Below are positions 9,279-20,769 of a stretch of 64,000 nucleotides of DNA, one piece after another. Every line of letters begins with the position of its first letter. The stretch's first letter is position 1. The DNA comes from Macrostomum lignano (Eukaryota): assembly GCA_002269645.1 (NCBI GenBank), contig NIVC01003939.1, positions 4,707 through 68,706 of the forward strand. Reading direction: 5' to 3'. A program made the position numbers and the translations under genes. The notes beneath the pieces are model-generated. The model searched no databases. It was given only the letters and a program-made list of their open reading frames with translations, and had not been told where the DNA came from.

Positions 9279-12200
9279 ATGGCTAAACGCAGCGCCAACG
9301 CAACTGCTTTTCTGGCTGACAAGAGGCAACGTCTTTATGGTAAGTTTTAATTAATTTCTGTCTAGACTGTAGTTGCTAGGGTGAGGGTAGGGGCTGAGCT
9401 GCTGCGACAGCTGCAGGGTCTGTGGGACCGCAGAGTAAACAACAAAGACTGCTGCGACAGCTGCGGGGGTCTAGACTGGAGTTGCTAGGGTGGGGTGCTG
9501 CGGCAGGGTCTGTAACAGAGAGTTGCAGGGGAGGGCTAGACAAGTTACAGCCGGGTGTGTGCTGATAAGAAATTGCTGCTAGGGGGGTGTTGTCCAGACA
9601 GGCTGCAGCTGGGGTGCAAATTGCTGCGACAGAGAGTTGCAGGGGTGAGTAAACAAAGACTGGGGTGGGGTGTTGTCTAGACAGGGAGGGGTGTGCTGAT
9701 AAGAAATTGCTGCAAAAACAGACAGTTGCTAGGGTGCTGCGGCAGATAAGAAATTGCTGCAGAATCGTTGGGGCAGGCTAGACAAGTTACAGCCAGGTGG
9801 GGGCAGAGAGTTGCTGGGACAGACTGGGGCTGCAGATAGGGCGCTACCCAGACAGGCTGCAGCTGGGGTGCAAATTGCTGCGACAGAGAGTTGCAGAGTA
9901 AACAACAAAGACTGCTGCGACAGGCTGCAGCGGGGGTACAGATAAGAAATTGCAGAGAGTTGCTGCGGGGACAGCAGAGTAAACTCTGTTAAGAAATTGC
10001 TGGGGCTAGGGCGGGGAAACACGCTGGGGCCAGGAAAATGACAGATTCTTCTGGTTTTTTATCTCCTTGTGTTTTTTCAGACGCGTTTGTCCCGCCAACA
10101 CAGCCGGAATCTGTTACCGGACCGGGTGAGTTATCCAGCCCCCCATTTCCCACACAGACCCTGGCTGACTCACACTCCCCCATTCCCCCATGCAGGTTTT
10201 ACGGCCCGGCTGGATAATCAACGCGACCTGCCCAAGTTTAGGGCAAAGGGTGTCGAGTATGTGGTGCGTATTACCAACACCGAAGATTTGCGGGAGGTGT
10301 TTGCCGACATGCTCGAAGTTTTCAAGCAAGATTTGGCCGGCGAGGATTTCATGGCTGCGAAATTCGAGAGCGACAATATGCTCAAAGCAGCCCATACTCC
10401 CCCGGTGCGTGCAGCCCGCATGACGGCTGAATTGTTGTTCAAGCACATTGACAAGATTGTGCAGTCGGATGCAACTGTATTGTCAGGCAACTTTTCTGTC
10501 CGTCTGCTAAAGGCCTGGGTGCCCCGAGGTGGCTGTGCCCTCGAGAACAAGCATCTAGAAGAGCGGCACGCCTTCTCCAAGCACTATGTCCGCATCACCA
10601 ACTCGGACAAGAGATGCCTGCTGCGCGCTCTGGTCGTGGCCTGCGCCTACCTGCAATTCGTGGCCAAGTCCATCACCGAGGATGTGTGGCGCAGGATCAA
10701 GGCCAATTCGCCCAAGCAGACTAAGCTGGTGGCTGAGCTACAAATCGAGGCAGGCCTCTACACGGTAAGTTTCTAGTATTTTTCTGATAAGAATTTTTAC
10801 GATAAGGAATACTAAAAGAATTTTTACGCAGTATCAGGGAATACTAAAAGATATATTTTCTGATAAGATTTTTACACAGTATCATGGAATACTAAAAGAT
10901 ATATTTTCTGATAAGATTTTTACACAGTATCATGGAATACTAAAAGATATATTTTCTGATAAGATTTTTACACAGTATCAGGGAATACTAAAAGAACCAT
11001 ACTCTGATAAGAAATTTTACGATAAGGAACACTAAAAGAAATATTTTACCCTCCACACAGACTCTTCAAACCGTCTCGCAGGCTGGTCCTTTCGGGGTGG
11101 ATGCACTGCCCGAAGCGATCCGAGCCCTGAACCGGCTGCATCCGGGGCACGATTTTGGTGTACGCGTGTACCGCGCAGAGGAGGCCAACAGGTGCATCTT
11201 CAACCTGCCTGGCACCGAGATTCTGCACCTGCACCTGGTCGAGCAGCACTTTAATGTGGTTACCAAGCTGCCTGCGTTTTTCGGTGGCCGCCGCTACTGC
11301 CCCAAGTGCGAGATGGCCTATGATAGCGAACCCGCCAAGCACAAGTGCGCTGATGCCTGCAGTACATGCAAGACTCCGGGCTCCAACTGTAAGGCAAACC
11401 GCGCATATGTAAGATGCCATGATTGCGGGCTAAATTGCTATAATGCTCAGTGCCTAGAAAATCACAAGCGCAAGAATAAGGCCGGCAGATCGCGCTGTGA
11501 TTCGGTCCACGTTTGCGGCACGTGTGGCTATCTAGAAGAACTAAAAGTAGGCCAGCCCCCTGAGCATCAGTGTGGTTATGCCAAGTGCCCAGTCTGCAAG
11601 CAGTACGACGAAACTGCCACCCACGAGTGCTTTGTCACCCCGCCAAACGCCAAAGAGTCTAGCGCCCCGTATGTTTACTATGATTTCGAGACGTACGTGG
11701 ACTCTGGCAAGCAGCACCGGGTACACTTGGTTACGGCTGCCACCTCCTGCGAGGCGTGTCCCAAACTCTTCCCCAGGCCCCGCTGCAGCGTGTGCGGGGG
11801 ACTACACAGCTCAGCCAATTGCATTGCGGGACGCGATTTGGCACTCGATTTCACGAGCTGTGTCTCGCACAATGACTGTGCCTGTGGGATGCGAGAGTTT
11901 GTATCTGTCGGGCCGCACTCTATCGATGCCTTTTACTGCTGGCTGACTAGTGTGTTCAAGCAGGGGGCAATTGCTATTGCGCACAATGGCTCTGCGTATG
12001 ACGCATTCCTCCTGCTCGGCGCCCTACTCAACGGACTGGCCAAGAAGAAGCCGCAAGTGATCTTCCAGAACAGCCGCCTAATGTATATGAAGTGCGACAA
12101 GATCACCTTCAAGGACAGCCTCAATTTCATCCCTATTGGTCTGGCGCAATTCCCAAAGGCGCTTGGTTTGGGCACCCAACTGACCAAAGGAGATTTCCCG

Positions 12201-14437
12201 CACGTGTTTAACCAGCCTCAAAATTGGGGGTACGTCGGTCCCTACTGCTCAATTGATATGTACGGCGGGAAGAAGAATAAGCAGCATGACTCCATCGCCG
12301 ACTGGCTGGCCAAGCAGGAGGGACAGGTGTTTAATTTTAATAAGGCGTACCTGGACTATTGCCTGCAGGACACGTTAATTTTGCGGGAAGGCTGCCTGAA
12401 ATATGCCCGCCTGATTAAGGACATTTGCGGACTGGACGCATTTGTTCAATCCAACACCATTGCGGGCTTGGCCATGTCGGTATTCACCACCAAGTTTATG
12501 GAGCCCAACACTCTTGGGGTGATTTCCCGCCGGTCCGATGTACAGTCGCACAAGGCGCGGTGCTGGCTGGCACATTTAAATGCAACCGAGTTTGGCGGCC
12601 GGTTGCGGACAGCCGATTCTGGCGGCGAGGCTTTCGCCATGGGCCGTAAGGTCGACGGCTTCGACCCAGAGACCAGGACAGTGCTGCAGTTTCATGGCTG
12701 TTTCTACCATGGCTGTCCCAAGTGCTTCCCCAACGGCGACGTGCTGCACCCGCTCAAGAACCAGCCAATGCGAGCAATTTATGAGGAGACTGAGCGCTTC
12801 ACCCGGCTGCTCTCCACTGCATACAATGTGCGTGTTCTGTGGGAGCACGACTATCAGGACGAGGGAGCGCCAGTCCAGCAGCCTATTCGCCTGGAGGATG
12901 CCCTGTTTGGCGGCCGTACCGAGGCTTTTGTCCCGCACGCCGAGGCCACCGAGACTGTAGAGCTGCGCTATCGGGATGTGGTAAGTTTGTACACTTGTAC
13001 ACACACAGTTGACATGCGTTTGAGTTTATCTTATCCTTATCCCCTAGGTGTCGCTCTACCCGACTGTCAACAAGTTTGACAAGTACCCGGTCGGGCACCC
13101 GGTACACCACCCCGAGCCTCATCTACTGGATGAGCTGCAGCTGGCCCGGTATTTTGGCATCGCCGAGGTGTCGATTCTGCCGCCAACCAATCTCCACATC
13201 CCGCTACTGCCCGCCAAGATTAACAAGAAGTTGGTTTTCGGCCTCTGCCGCGTCTGCATGGAGACCCAGTGCAGCAGCGAGTGTACACACACTGACGCTG
13301 AGAGAATGCTCCGCGGCACGTGGTCGACCCCAGAGCTCCACAAAGCCCTGCAGTTGGGTTACAAGCTGCAGTCAGTTCATGCCCTGGCCTATTGGACCGA
13401 GACTCGCACGGGCCTGTTTGCAGATTATGTAAACACTTTTTTGAAGCTCAAAGCAGAGTCTAGCGGTTCGCCGGGGATGGCTGAGGACGCCAAGGCTGCC
13501 TACATGGCCAGCTTTTTCGAACGCGAAGGCGTCCGGCTGGAAAAGGTGGAGGAGAATCCTGGCTTGCGCTTTGTTGCCAAGATTTTTCTAAACTCGTAAG
13601 TTTTTTCTACTTGCAGTGGGGACCGTGTTTTTCTACTTACAGTAGCCAGATATACAAAAATTTATTTTTCCCCTGCAGGCTCTGGGGCAAATTCTGCCAG
13701 CGCGACGACCTGACCTCCACAGAGATTGTGGACAGCTACGAGGCGTGGCTGCAGCGCCTGACCGACCCCTCGATCAAGGTCAAGTCGTGCGAGCCAATTG
13801 GGGAGAGCTTCATGATGCTCGAGTACAAGCCCCGATTTGGCGGTGCTGGCGAGCGGGCGTTCAAGTACGCTAATGTACCTATTGGCGTTTTCACCACCTC
13901 CCACGCCCGGCTGCGACTCTACGAGGCTCTGGAGGGTCTAGGAACCCGCGTCATTTACGCCGATACTGATTCGTAAGTAATTTTTTCACTGTCTCTGTCT
14001 CTCTTTCTCCCCTTAACACTTTTTATCCTTCTCCTCCTCCCAGGGTCGTATACCGCTGCTCCCCGGGCGAGTACGAGCCTCCGGGCGGTTCGAGTTTGGG
14101 GCAGTGGACTGACGAGGTACCTGCTGGCTGCCGCATGGTACAGTTCACCACGGGAGGCCCCAAGCTCTACCGGTACGTGGTGGAGAAGCCCGACGGGTCG
14201 CTGTACTCGGTGCTCAAGTGCAAGGGCATCAGAGTCACGCCCGAGATTTCCGAGCGCGAGGACGAGCTGCAGGAAATTCTGCGTCACGGCGGGACTGTAC
14301 GCCTGCCCCAGGCCCAGTTCAGGCGCGATAAGGCCAGTTGTACAATAAGGACCCTCGAGATGGACAAGACTTTCCAGCGCGTGATGACTAAGAGGGTGTA
14401 TGGGGCCGCTAGCCGCCCGTATGGCTTTCGGGAGTGA
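9279..14437 (+). CDS. polB: Protein-primed family B DNA polymerase (Polinton type), 7 exons: 9279-9339, 10081-10125, 10196-10764, 11061-12980, 13048-13595, 13679-13972, 14044-14437 (~1276 aa)
   Basis: All junctions are GT-AG and frame-preserving (3831 nt). ExoI YYDFET, ExoII AHNGSAYD, FKDSLNF, KGDFPHVFN, ExoIII YCLQDT, FGGRTE, motif A YRDV/VSLYP, motif B KIFLNS/LWGKF, motif C YADTDS/VVY, GPKLY, KCKGI. The exon 4 acceptor could alternatively be 11082. Confidence 0.93.
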
Positions 14438-14598
14438 GTGAAAGATAAGGATCTATCTTTTTTACGCCTGGGATTCCCCTATGTGCCCACTTGGGATCCC
14501 TTGACTCGTGGGGATGAAAATGGTTTTACGCCCGCACTGTACTTAGGGGTCCTTACTCATTTGGCACCTCCACTGTACATTGGGGGGCGGGATTCCTT

Positions 14599-15921
14599 CA
14601 TCATTTGACACCAGGGAGCGCACTGTACTTGGGATCCGCTAAAACCCCTATTTGTATGCGGTCTGTTATTCTGCCCGCCCTGTGCAATGTGAGGGGTCCT
14701 TGATAACCCCCATTTGGGGAGGAATTGGAATTTCTCTCTGCCCTCACTGTACTTGGGATCCCCTTGAAAAAACCTTATTTGGGGCTTGGGGAGGAATTTC
14801 TCTATGTTACTCCTCTCTGACCGCACTGTACTGAGGATCCCCTCTCGAAACATTGGCCCCTCGTACCCTATTTGGAAGCTATGGGTTGCAGACTAGGAAC
14901 GCTCCTACCTGAACTGTACTCCGCTAGGATCCCCCGGCCCTGGGGAGGAATTGGAATTTCTCTATGTTACTCCGCCCGCACTGTACATTGGGATCCCCCG
15001 GCCCTGACTCTGGGGCGTGTCTCGAATATCCTGGGCTGGATATTTTACTTTGCACCTACATTATATGCTTAATTTTGCATACATATGTTGTATTATACTT
15101 AACTTCCAGTGTGTGTATTTTATCCTATGACCGATATATACTTTGTGCCTGCGGGTTAATATGCAAAATGTATCGTTTAAAATGCGCCTACATTATATGC
15201 TATGTAATTTTCCTGTATTATACTCAATTTGCACCTACATTGTGTGTATGTATGCACCTGCATTATACTGTGTGTATTTCCACCTATGTAGCGCCTACAG
15301 TACCTGCTTTGTCTATTTCTGCCCATGCACCTACATTGTGTGTTTTTGCTGCTCATATGCTCCAATATGTATTATGCGTCATTATTCACACCTACCAATA
15401 TGTTTTATCTACTTTTTATGTAAATATACGCAATTTCATCTACTATAAGTAGTTTTCACTAGCCTAATATCGCTGACTAGATATCTTACATATCGGGAGA
15501 GTGGTAGAGTGTACATATCGCGAGAGTGTACACTCGGGGTGCCTGCGGCTCGGTAGAGTGTACACTCGGGGTGCCTGCGGCTCGGTAGAGTGTACACTCG
15601 GGGTGCTTGCGGCATGGGGCGCCTGCAGCATGGGGGCCTGCGACATACATATCGGAAGGGTGCGCATACATATCGGGAGGGTACCCCTGCGGGATGGGCG
15701 CCTGCTGCTCTGGAGGGTCGCCTGCGGCTCGGGAGGGTGCACATATCGGGAGGGTGCGCCTGCGGCGCTTGGCGCCACGCGCCTGCGGCGCGCGCGCGCC
15801 GAGCGCCGATATCGATACGCGTATCGATCACCTAGTGATCGGGGCGCCAGCCAATGAGAGGCGAGGAGGGTTGACACCCACCCCACCTCCAAAACGCCCG
15901 GATAAATGCGTCCTTAGTAGT
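14599..15921 (-). repeat. Right terminal inverted repeat (1,323 bp)
   Basis: Mirror of 6829-8151; the differences I noticed are two compensating 1-bp homopolymer indels and one substitution. Confidence 0.95.
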
Positions 15922-15933
15922 GACAGACACTAT

Positions 15934-15972
<39 letters not shown>

Positions 15973-16046
15973 CCTATGACAAACAGACAGACAGACAGAC
16001 AGAGACAGACAGACAGACCCTATGACAAACAGACAGACAGACAGAC

Positions 16047-16089
<43 letters not shown>

Positions 16090-16190
16090 TACAGGCAGAC
16101 AGACAGATAGACACAGGAACAACCAGACAGATAGATAGACAGATAGACAGACGGATACTGTGACAGTCAGGCAGACAGACAGACGAGTTC
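15922..16190. repeat. (GACA)n microsatellite, continuation of the tract at ~6750-6828 split by the element
   Basis: GACA repeats on both sides of the element. Confidence 0.9.
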
Positions 16191-17038
16191 AACTAGAAGA
16201 AAACCTACACTAAACAGTGCTACAGCTCGTAATCATAGTAAAAAACTAATAAAAGTACATGATATGTAGACAAATGATTCACTTTTACTGTAACTTAAAA
16301 TAAGAAATAAGCAAAGCGAAACATGCTGCTGAAAATATAAGATGCGATTAAAAGAAAGATTCAAATAATTTATTGTCATTTATTTTAATGCAACGCAAAA
16401 CTTCTATAAAAATATGAACCGCTTTAAAAAATACATTCTAATTTTCTAATTTAAATTAGAAAAAGGAAAGATGTATGAGTCAAGACACGCCAAAACTTGA
16501 AAATGATTTTATACTGTAAAAGTCATTATTAAGTAATGATTGTCCTGTATAAATATTTCACACAAATATTTCATTGGCTTGCACTGTAACTTAGCTGGAA
16601 AAAACTTCAGCCTTTGAATGTTGCCGAGTATACACATATAATATAGCACCCTATCCAATAAAAAGGTATAACAAATACCGTTTAAAAATATTAAAACAAT
16701 AAAATAGCCGAGTTGAGCAGAAATTGAAAGCAGGCGCTGTGCGAATTAATCAATAAGTGGAACTTAATATTGCCTATGTACATAAGTAAAACATCAAAAA
16801 AATGAGTAAACATCTATTTTTAATTAAATTGTCAAGTCAAGGCAAAGGCGATTGAATAATAAAAAACAAAGCTTTTAAATAATCAGCACAAAACGCACTC
16901 TCTTACACACGCTCAGTTCAAAAGTTAGAAACAAAAAACACAGTACGAGCGTAGGTATGGCGCATGGCTCAAAACTAGTGAATTTCAATTAGTGGGGGTG
17001 GGCTGAGTGCATATAAGAAAGGAGCGCGTGAATAAGGA

Positions 17039-17358
17039 TTGAAGAGCCAATCAGAAGGCAGCGAGGGAGAGAGATAAGAATAACAAGACTGAACTGGACT
17101 AAGGGAGAGAAAAACAGAGTAAAAAGAGACGATGGGGGTGGAGCGCGCGACTGAGGAAACAGGCGAGATTGAAGAGCCAATCAGAAGGCAGCGAGGGAGA
17201 GAGATAAGAATAACAAGACTGAACTGGACTAAGGGAGAGAAAAACAGAGTAAAAAGAGACGATGGGGGTGGAGCGCGCGACTGAGGAAACAGGCGAGATT
17301 GAAGAGCCAATCAGAAGGCAGCGAGGGAGAGAGATAAGAATAACAAGACTGAACTGGA
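17039..17358. repeat. 130-bp tandem repeat (~2.5 copies)
   Basis: GAAGAGCCAATCAGAAGG recurs at 17041, 17171, 17301. Confidence 0.9.
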
Positions 17359-17537
17359 AAGAGGGGAGAGAAAACAGAGCAAACACAGATGAGCTGTAAA
17401 AATGACTAAAAAATTCGTGACATCGTGCACACCCGCCCCGAATGAAATGTATCGAACCAGCTGGAGTCGTGGCACTGATTAATTTTGTAATAACATTAGA
17501 AAATTGGCAATATTGAGCAGAGTCAAATAATAAGCAA

Positions 17538-19179
17538 TCAACTATTGTTCTTTCTCAAGTACAGCACCATTATAGCAGTGGTGGCAACCACGGAGCCGAT
17601 GCTGAAACCGGCAAAAAAGATGGCGGCATGACCCCAGTGGCGTCTGGCCTCGCTAAAAATCCTAGCAGCCAGGCTAAGCACGCGACACCTGCCCAGATAG
17701 AGCAGAAAGTACTTTATTAGACGCAAACAATCGGCCTGGGGATTCTGGTTAATAGCCGATCGAAGCACACCAGGCAACAAGTGGGCTACAAAGAACTGGA
17801 CCCGGACTAGGCCATTCAAGTCGTAGCTGCGGTGGAATTCCGTCTCTAGCTGGTTCACGAGGCGCGCGTACCTGAGCAATGGATAGAATGCATCCTATAG
17901 TAGAGCAAGTATTTTAACAAAATGGCTGGGGTATCTGGGATGGTGGCCCAGCAACTGAGAATCTGGGAGGCTGGCCCAGCAACTGAGGATCTGGAAGGCT
18001 GGCCCAGCAACTGAGGATCTGGAAGGCTGGCCCAGCAACTGAAGATCTGGGAGGCTGGTGGCCCAGCAACTGAGGATCTGGGAGGCTGGCCCAGCAACTG
18101 AGGATCTGAGAGGCTGGCCCAGCGACTGAGGATCTGGGAGGCTGGCCCAGCGACTGAGGATCTGGGAGGCTGGCCCAGCAACTGAGAATCTGGGATGGTG
18201 GCCCAGCAACTGAGTATCTGGGAGGCTGGCCCAGCAACAGAGGATCTGGAAGGCTGGCCCAGCAACTGAGGATCTGGGAGGCTGGCCCAGCAACTGAGGA
18301 TCTGGAAGGCTGGCCCAGCAACTGAGGAACTGGGAGGCTGGCCCAGCAACTGAGGATCTGGGAGGCTGGCCCAGCAACTGAGGATCTGAGAGGCTGGCCC
18401 AACAACTGAGGATCTGAGAGGCTGGCCCAGCGACTGAGGATCTGGGAGGCTGGCCCAGCGACTGAGGATCTGGGAGGCTGGCCCAGCGACTGAGGATCTG
18501 AGAGGCTGGCCCAGCGACTGAGGATCTGGGAGGCTGGCCCAGCGACTGAGGATCTGGGAGGCTGGCCCAACAACTGAGGATCTGGAAGGCTGGCCCAGCA
18601 ACTGGGGATCTGGAAGGCTGGCCCAGCAACTGAGGATCTGGAAGGCTGGCCCAGCAACTGAGGATCTGGAAGGCTGGCTCAGCAACTGAGGATCTGGAAG
18701 GCTGGCCCAGCAACTGGGGATCTGGAAGGCTGGCCCAGCAACTGAGGATCTGGAAGGCTGGCCCAGCAACTGGGGATCTGGAAGGCTGCCCTAAAAGTCT
18801 TGTGAACTCACGTGATTCGCTGCTGATTAAACTGATCAGCCAAGGTGCGCAACCGCCCAGCCTCCTGCGTGGAGGCAAAATCGGCGGCATACCGCCTGAG
18901 CTGCAGTCCGACATCGCTGTTTCGAAGGCTTGCCTGAGCTCTGTCCACAAAATCAGGCGGAGCGTTCACCGTTTCTTGGGCGGCCACGGTAGTGAGCGTG
19001 TTAATATTGATGTCTGGCACCTCTTGGGCTGCAGTGCTGGTCAGGAGACCAGTGGTGGCTTCTAGCACGTGCTGCTCAACAGGGTTGAGCTCGTTATAAT
19101 CGTACTCTGGCACCGTTGGAACAGTCTGGTCCGCTTCCTCTTCTGCTACGTAGGACTGCTCAGTGGATTTCTTTTCCAT
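17538..19179 (-). CDS. Divergent Bcl-2-family protein A, 2 coding exons (19179-18812, 17871-17538; ~233 aa)
   Basis: BH3-like VGLQLRRYAADF and GRLRTLADQFN, degenerate BH1-like EFHRSYDLNGLVRVQFFVAHLL, C-terminal TM IFFAGFSIGSVVATTAIMVLYL plus basic tail; frame-preserving GT-AG intron. Confidence 0.65.
17930..18790. repeat. 28-bp minisatellite family (CAGCAACTGAGGATCTGGGAGGCTGGCC), intronic array
   Basis: Same unit recurs at 21645-22325, 44107-44500, 45538-45880 (inverted) and 47550-48125. Confidence 0.95.
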
Positions 19180-19264
19180 AATTGTATTGCTGTTTATAGG
19201 CATGAAATACAATAGTTGTTGGCCTGAAAACTGGGATTCTATTTTATGACTTTAATCTGAGATC

Positions 19265-20185
19265 TCTGTCTGGATTGGGGATCTGGGATTTTAAGACTGG
19301 ATTGGGGATATGGGATCTTAAGACTGGATTAGGGATCTGGGATCTTAAGACTGGATTGGGGATCTGGGATTTTAAGACTGGATTAGGGATATGGGATCTT
19401 AAGACTGGATTAGGGATATGGGATCTTAAGACTGTATTGGGGATATGGGATCTTAAGACTGGATTGGGGATCTGGGGCTCAGTCTGGATTTGAGATCTGG
19501 GATCTCAAGACTGGATTGGGGATCTGGGATTTTAAGACTGGATTGAGGATCTGGGATCTCAGTCTGGATTGGGGATCTGGGATCTTAAGACTTTATTGGG
19601 GATATGGGATCTTAAGACTGGATTGGGGATATGGGATCTTAAGACTGGATTGGGGATATGGGATCTTAAGACTGGATTGGGGATATGGGATCTTAGGACT
19701 GTATTGAGATGGGATTGTAAGACTGTATTAGGGATATGGGATCTTAAGACTGTATTGGAGATGGGATCTTAAGACTGTATTAGGGATATGGGATCTTAAG
19801 ACTGTATTGGAGATGGGATCTTAAGACTGTATTGGGGATCTGGGATCTCAGTCTGGATTGGGGATCTGGGATCTTAAGACTGGATTGGGGATCTGGGATC
19901 TTAAGACTGTATTGTGGATCTGGGATCTCAGTCTGGATTGGGGATCTGGGATCTTAAGACTGGATTGGGGATCTGGGATCTTAAGACTGTATTGTGGATC
20001 TGGGATCTCAGTCTGGATTGGGGATCTGGGATCTTAAGACTGGATTGGGGTTCTGGGATCTTAAGACTGTATTGTGGATCTGGGATCTCAGTCTGGATTG
20101 GGGATCTGGGATCTTAAGACTGGATTTGGGATCTGGGATCTTAAGACTGGATTTGGGATCTGGGATTTGGGATCTTAGACTGTAT
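19265..20185. repeat. ~27-bp minisatellite (GGGGATCTGGGATCTTAAGACTGGATT)
   Basis: Tandem array upstream of the Bcl-2 A coding exon 1 acceptor. Confidence 0.95.
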
Positions 20186-20769
20186 TAAATTTGCAAACGT
20201 CAGATGCCGTAATACCTTTAAGCAAAAGCAAGAAAACCTCAATTGGTAAAGGTAAACGGCTGGAAAACAGATAGCTCGTTAACAGCAAAGCAAAACAATG
20301 ACTTCTTTATATTTGTATTTTTTGCTCAGTTAAAAAGCAAATGAAAGTACAAAATAACATTTTTATTAAAATGTTAAAATTACTGACAGTAGAAAAAATT
20401 GCACTTTAGTAGCAAGAGAATTACATAATAAGTCAAATAAATATACGCTCGTATATATATTTGCACATGAAGGAAGTATGATATAAAAGTCAACTCATGA
20501 TCGTTAGCTCGTATAAATCATTTTGGCCGAGTTTTCGCACCAATTCAAAATTTTTGGCAGATATATAATATAACAAATTCTAAATAGCAAAATTGAAAAA
20601 AGTAAAAAATACTAAAGCTACCCTGTTATTCATTAGAACCAGATAAGTGACAAGTGGAAAAAACAGATCAATTAATTAATTATTAAACTTGATTATACCA
20701 AACCTTTAGCTTTTTTAAAAACTTGAATAAACATGCGATATGCGATGGCTTTGTAAAGTTCTGACTCAG

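Larger units (their letters stand above)
6829..15921. mobile_element. Polinton/Maverick-related 9.1-kb element encoding pPolB and a PC4-like protein, without integrase or capsid genes
   Basis: 1,323-bp TIRs, ACTACT...AGTAGT termini, GACAGA on both flanks (6823-6828, 15922-15927), intact protein-primed PolB inside. Confidence 0.92.

Noticed and set aside
8152-14598. Search for integrase (DDE), packaging ATPase (Walker A), adenain or capsid coding segments
   Set aside because: No such motifs seen in any listed frame; remaining space is promoter and short or repeat-filled introns. A profile search is still needed to be certain
6829-15921. Interpretation as casposon, pipolin, adenovirus or mitochondrial linear plasmid insertion
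   Set aside because: No Cas1 or tyrosine recombinase, no virion genes, and spliceosomal introns with Pol II-type promoter motifs indicate a nuclear eukaryotic element; polymerase motifs are Polinton-type
17855-18950. 300-350-aa ORFs of LLGQPPRSSVAGPASQILSCWASLPDPQ repeats (also 21587-22386, 44064-44521, 45518-45928, 47809-48314)
   Set aside because: 28-bp satellite read in rotating frames; lies inside introns whose flanking exons join in frame
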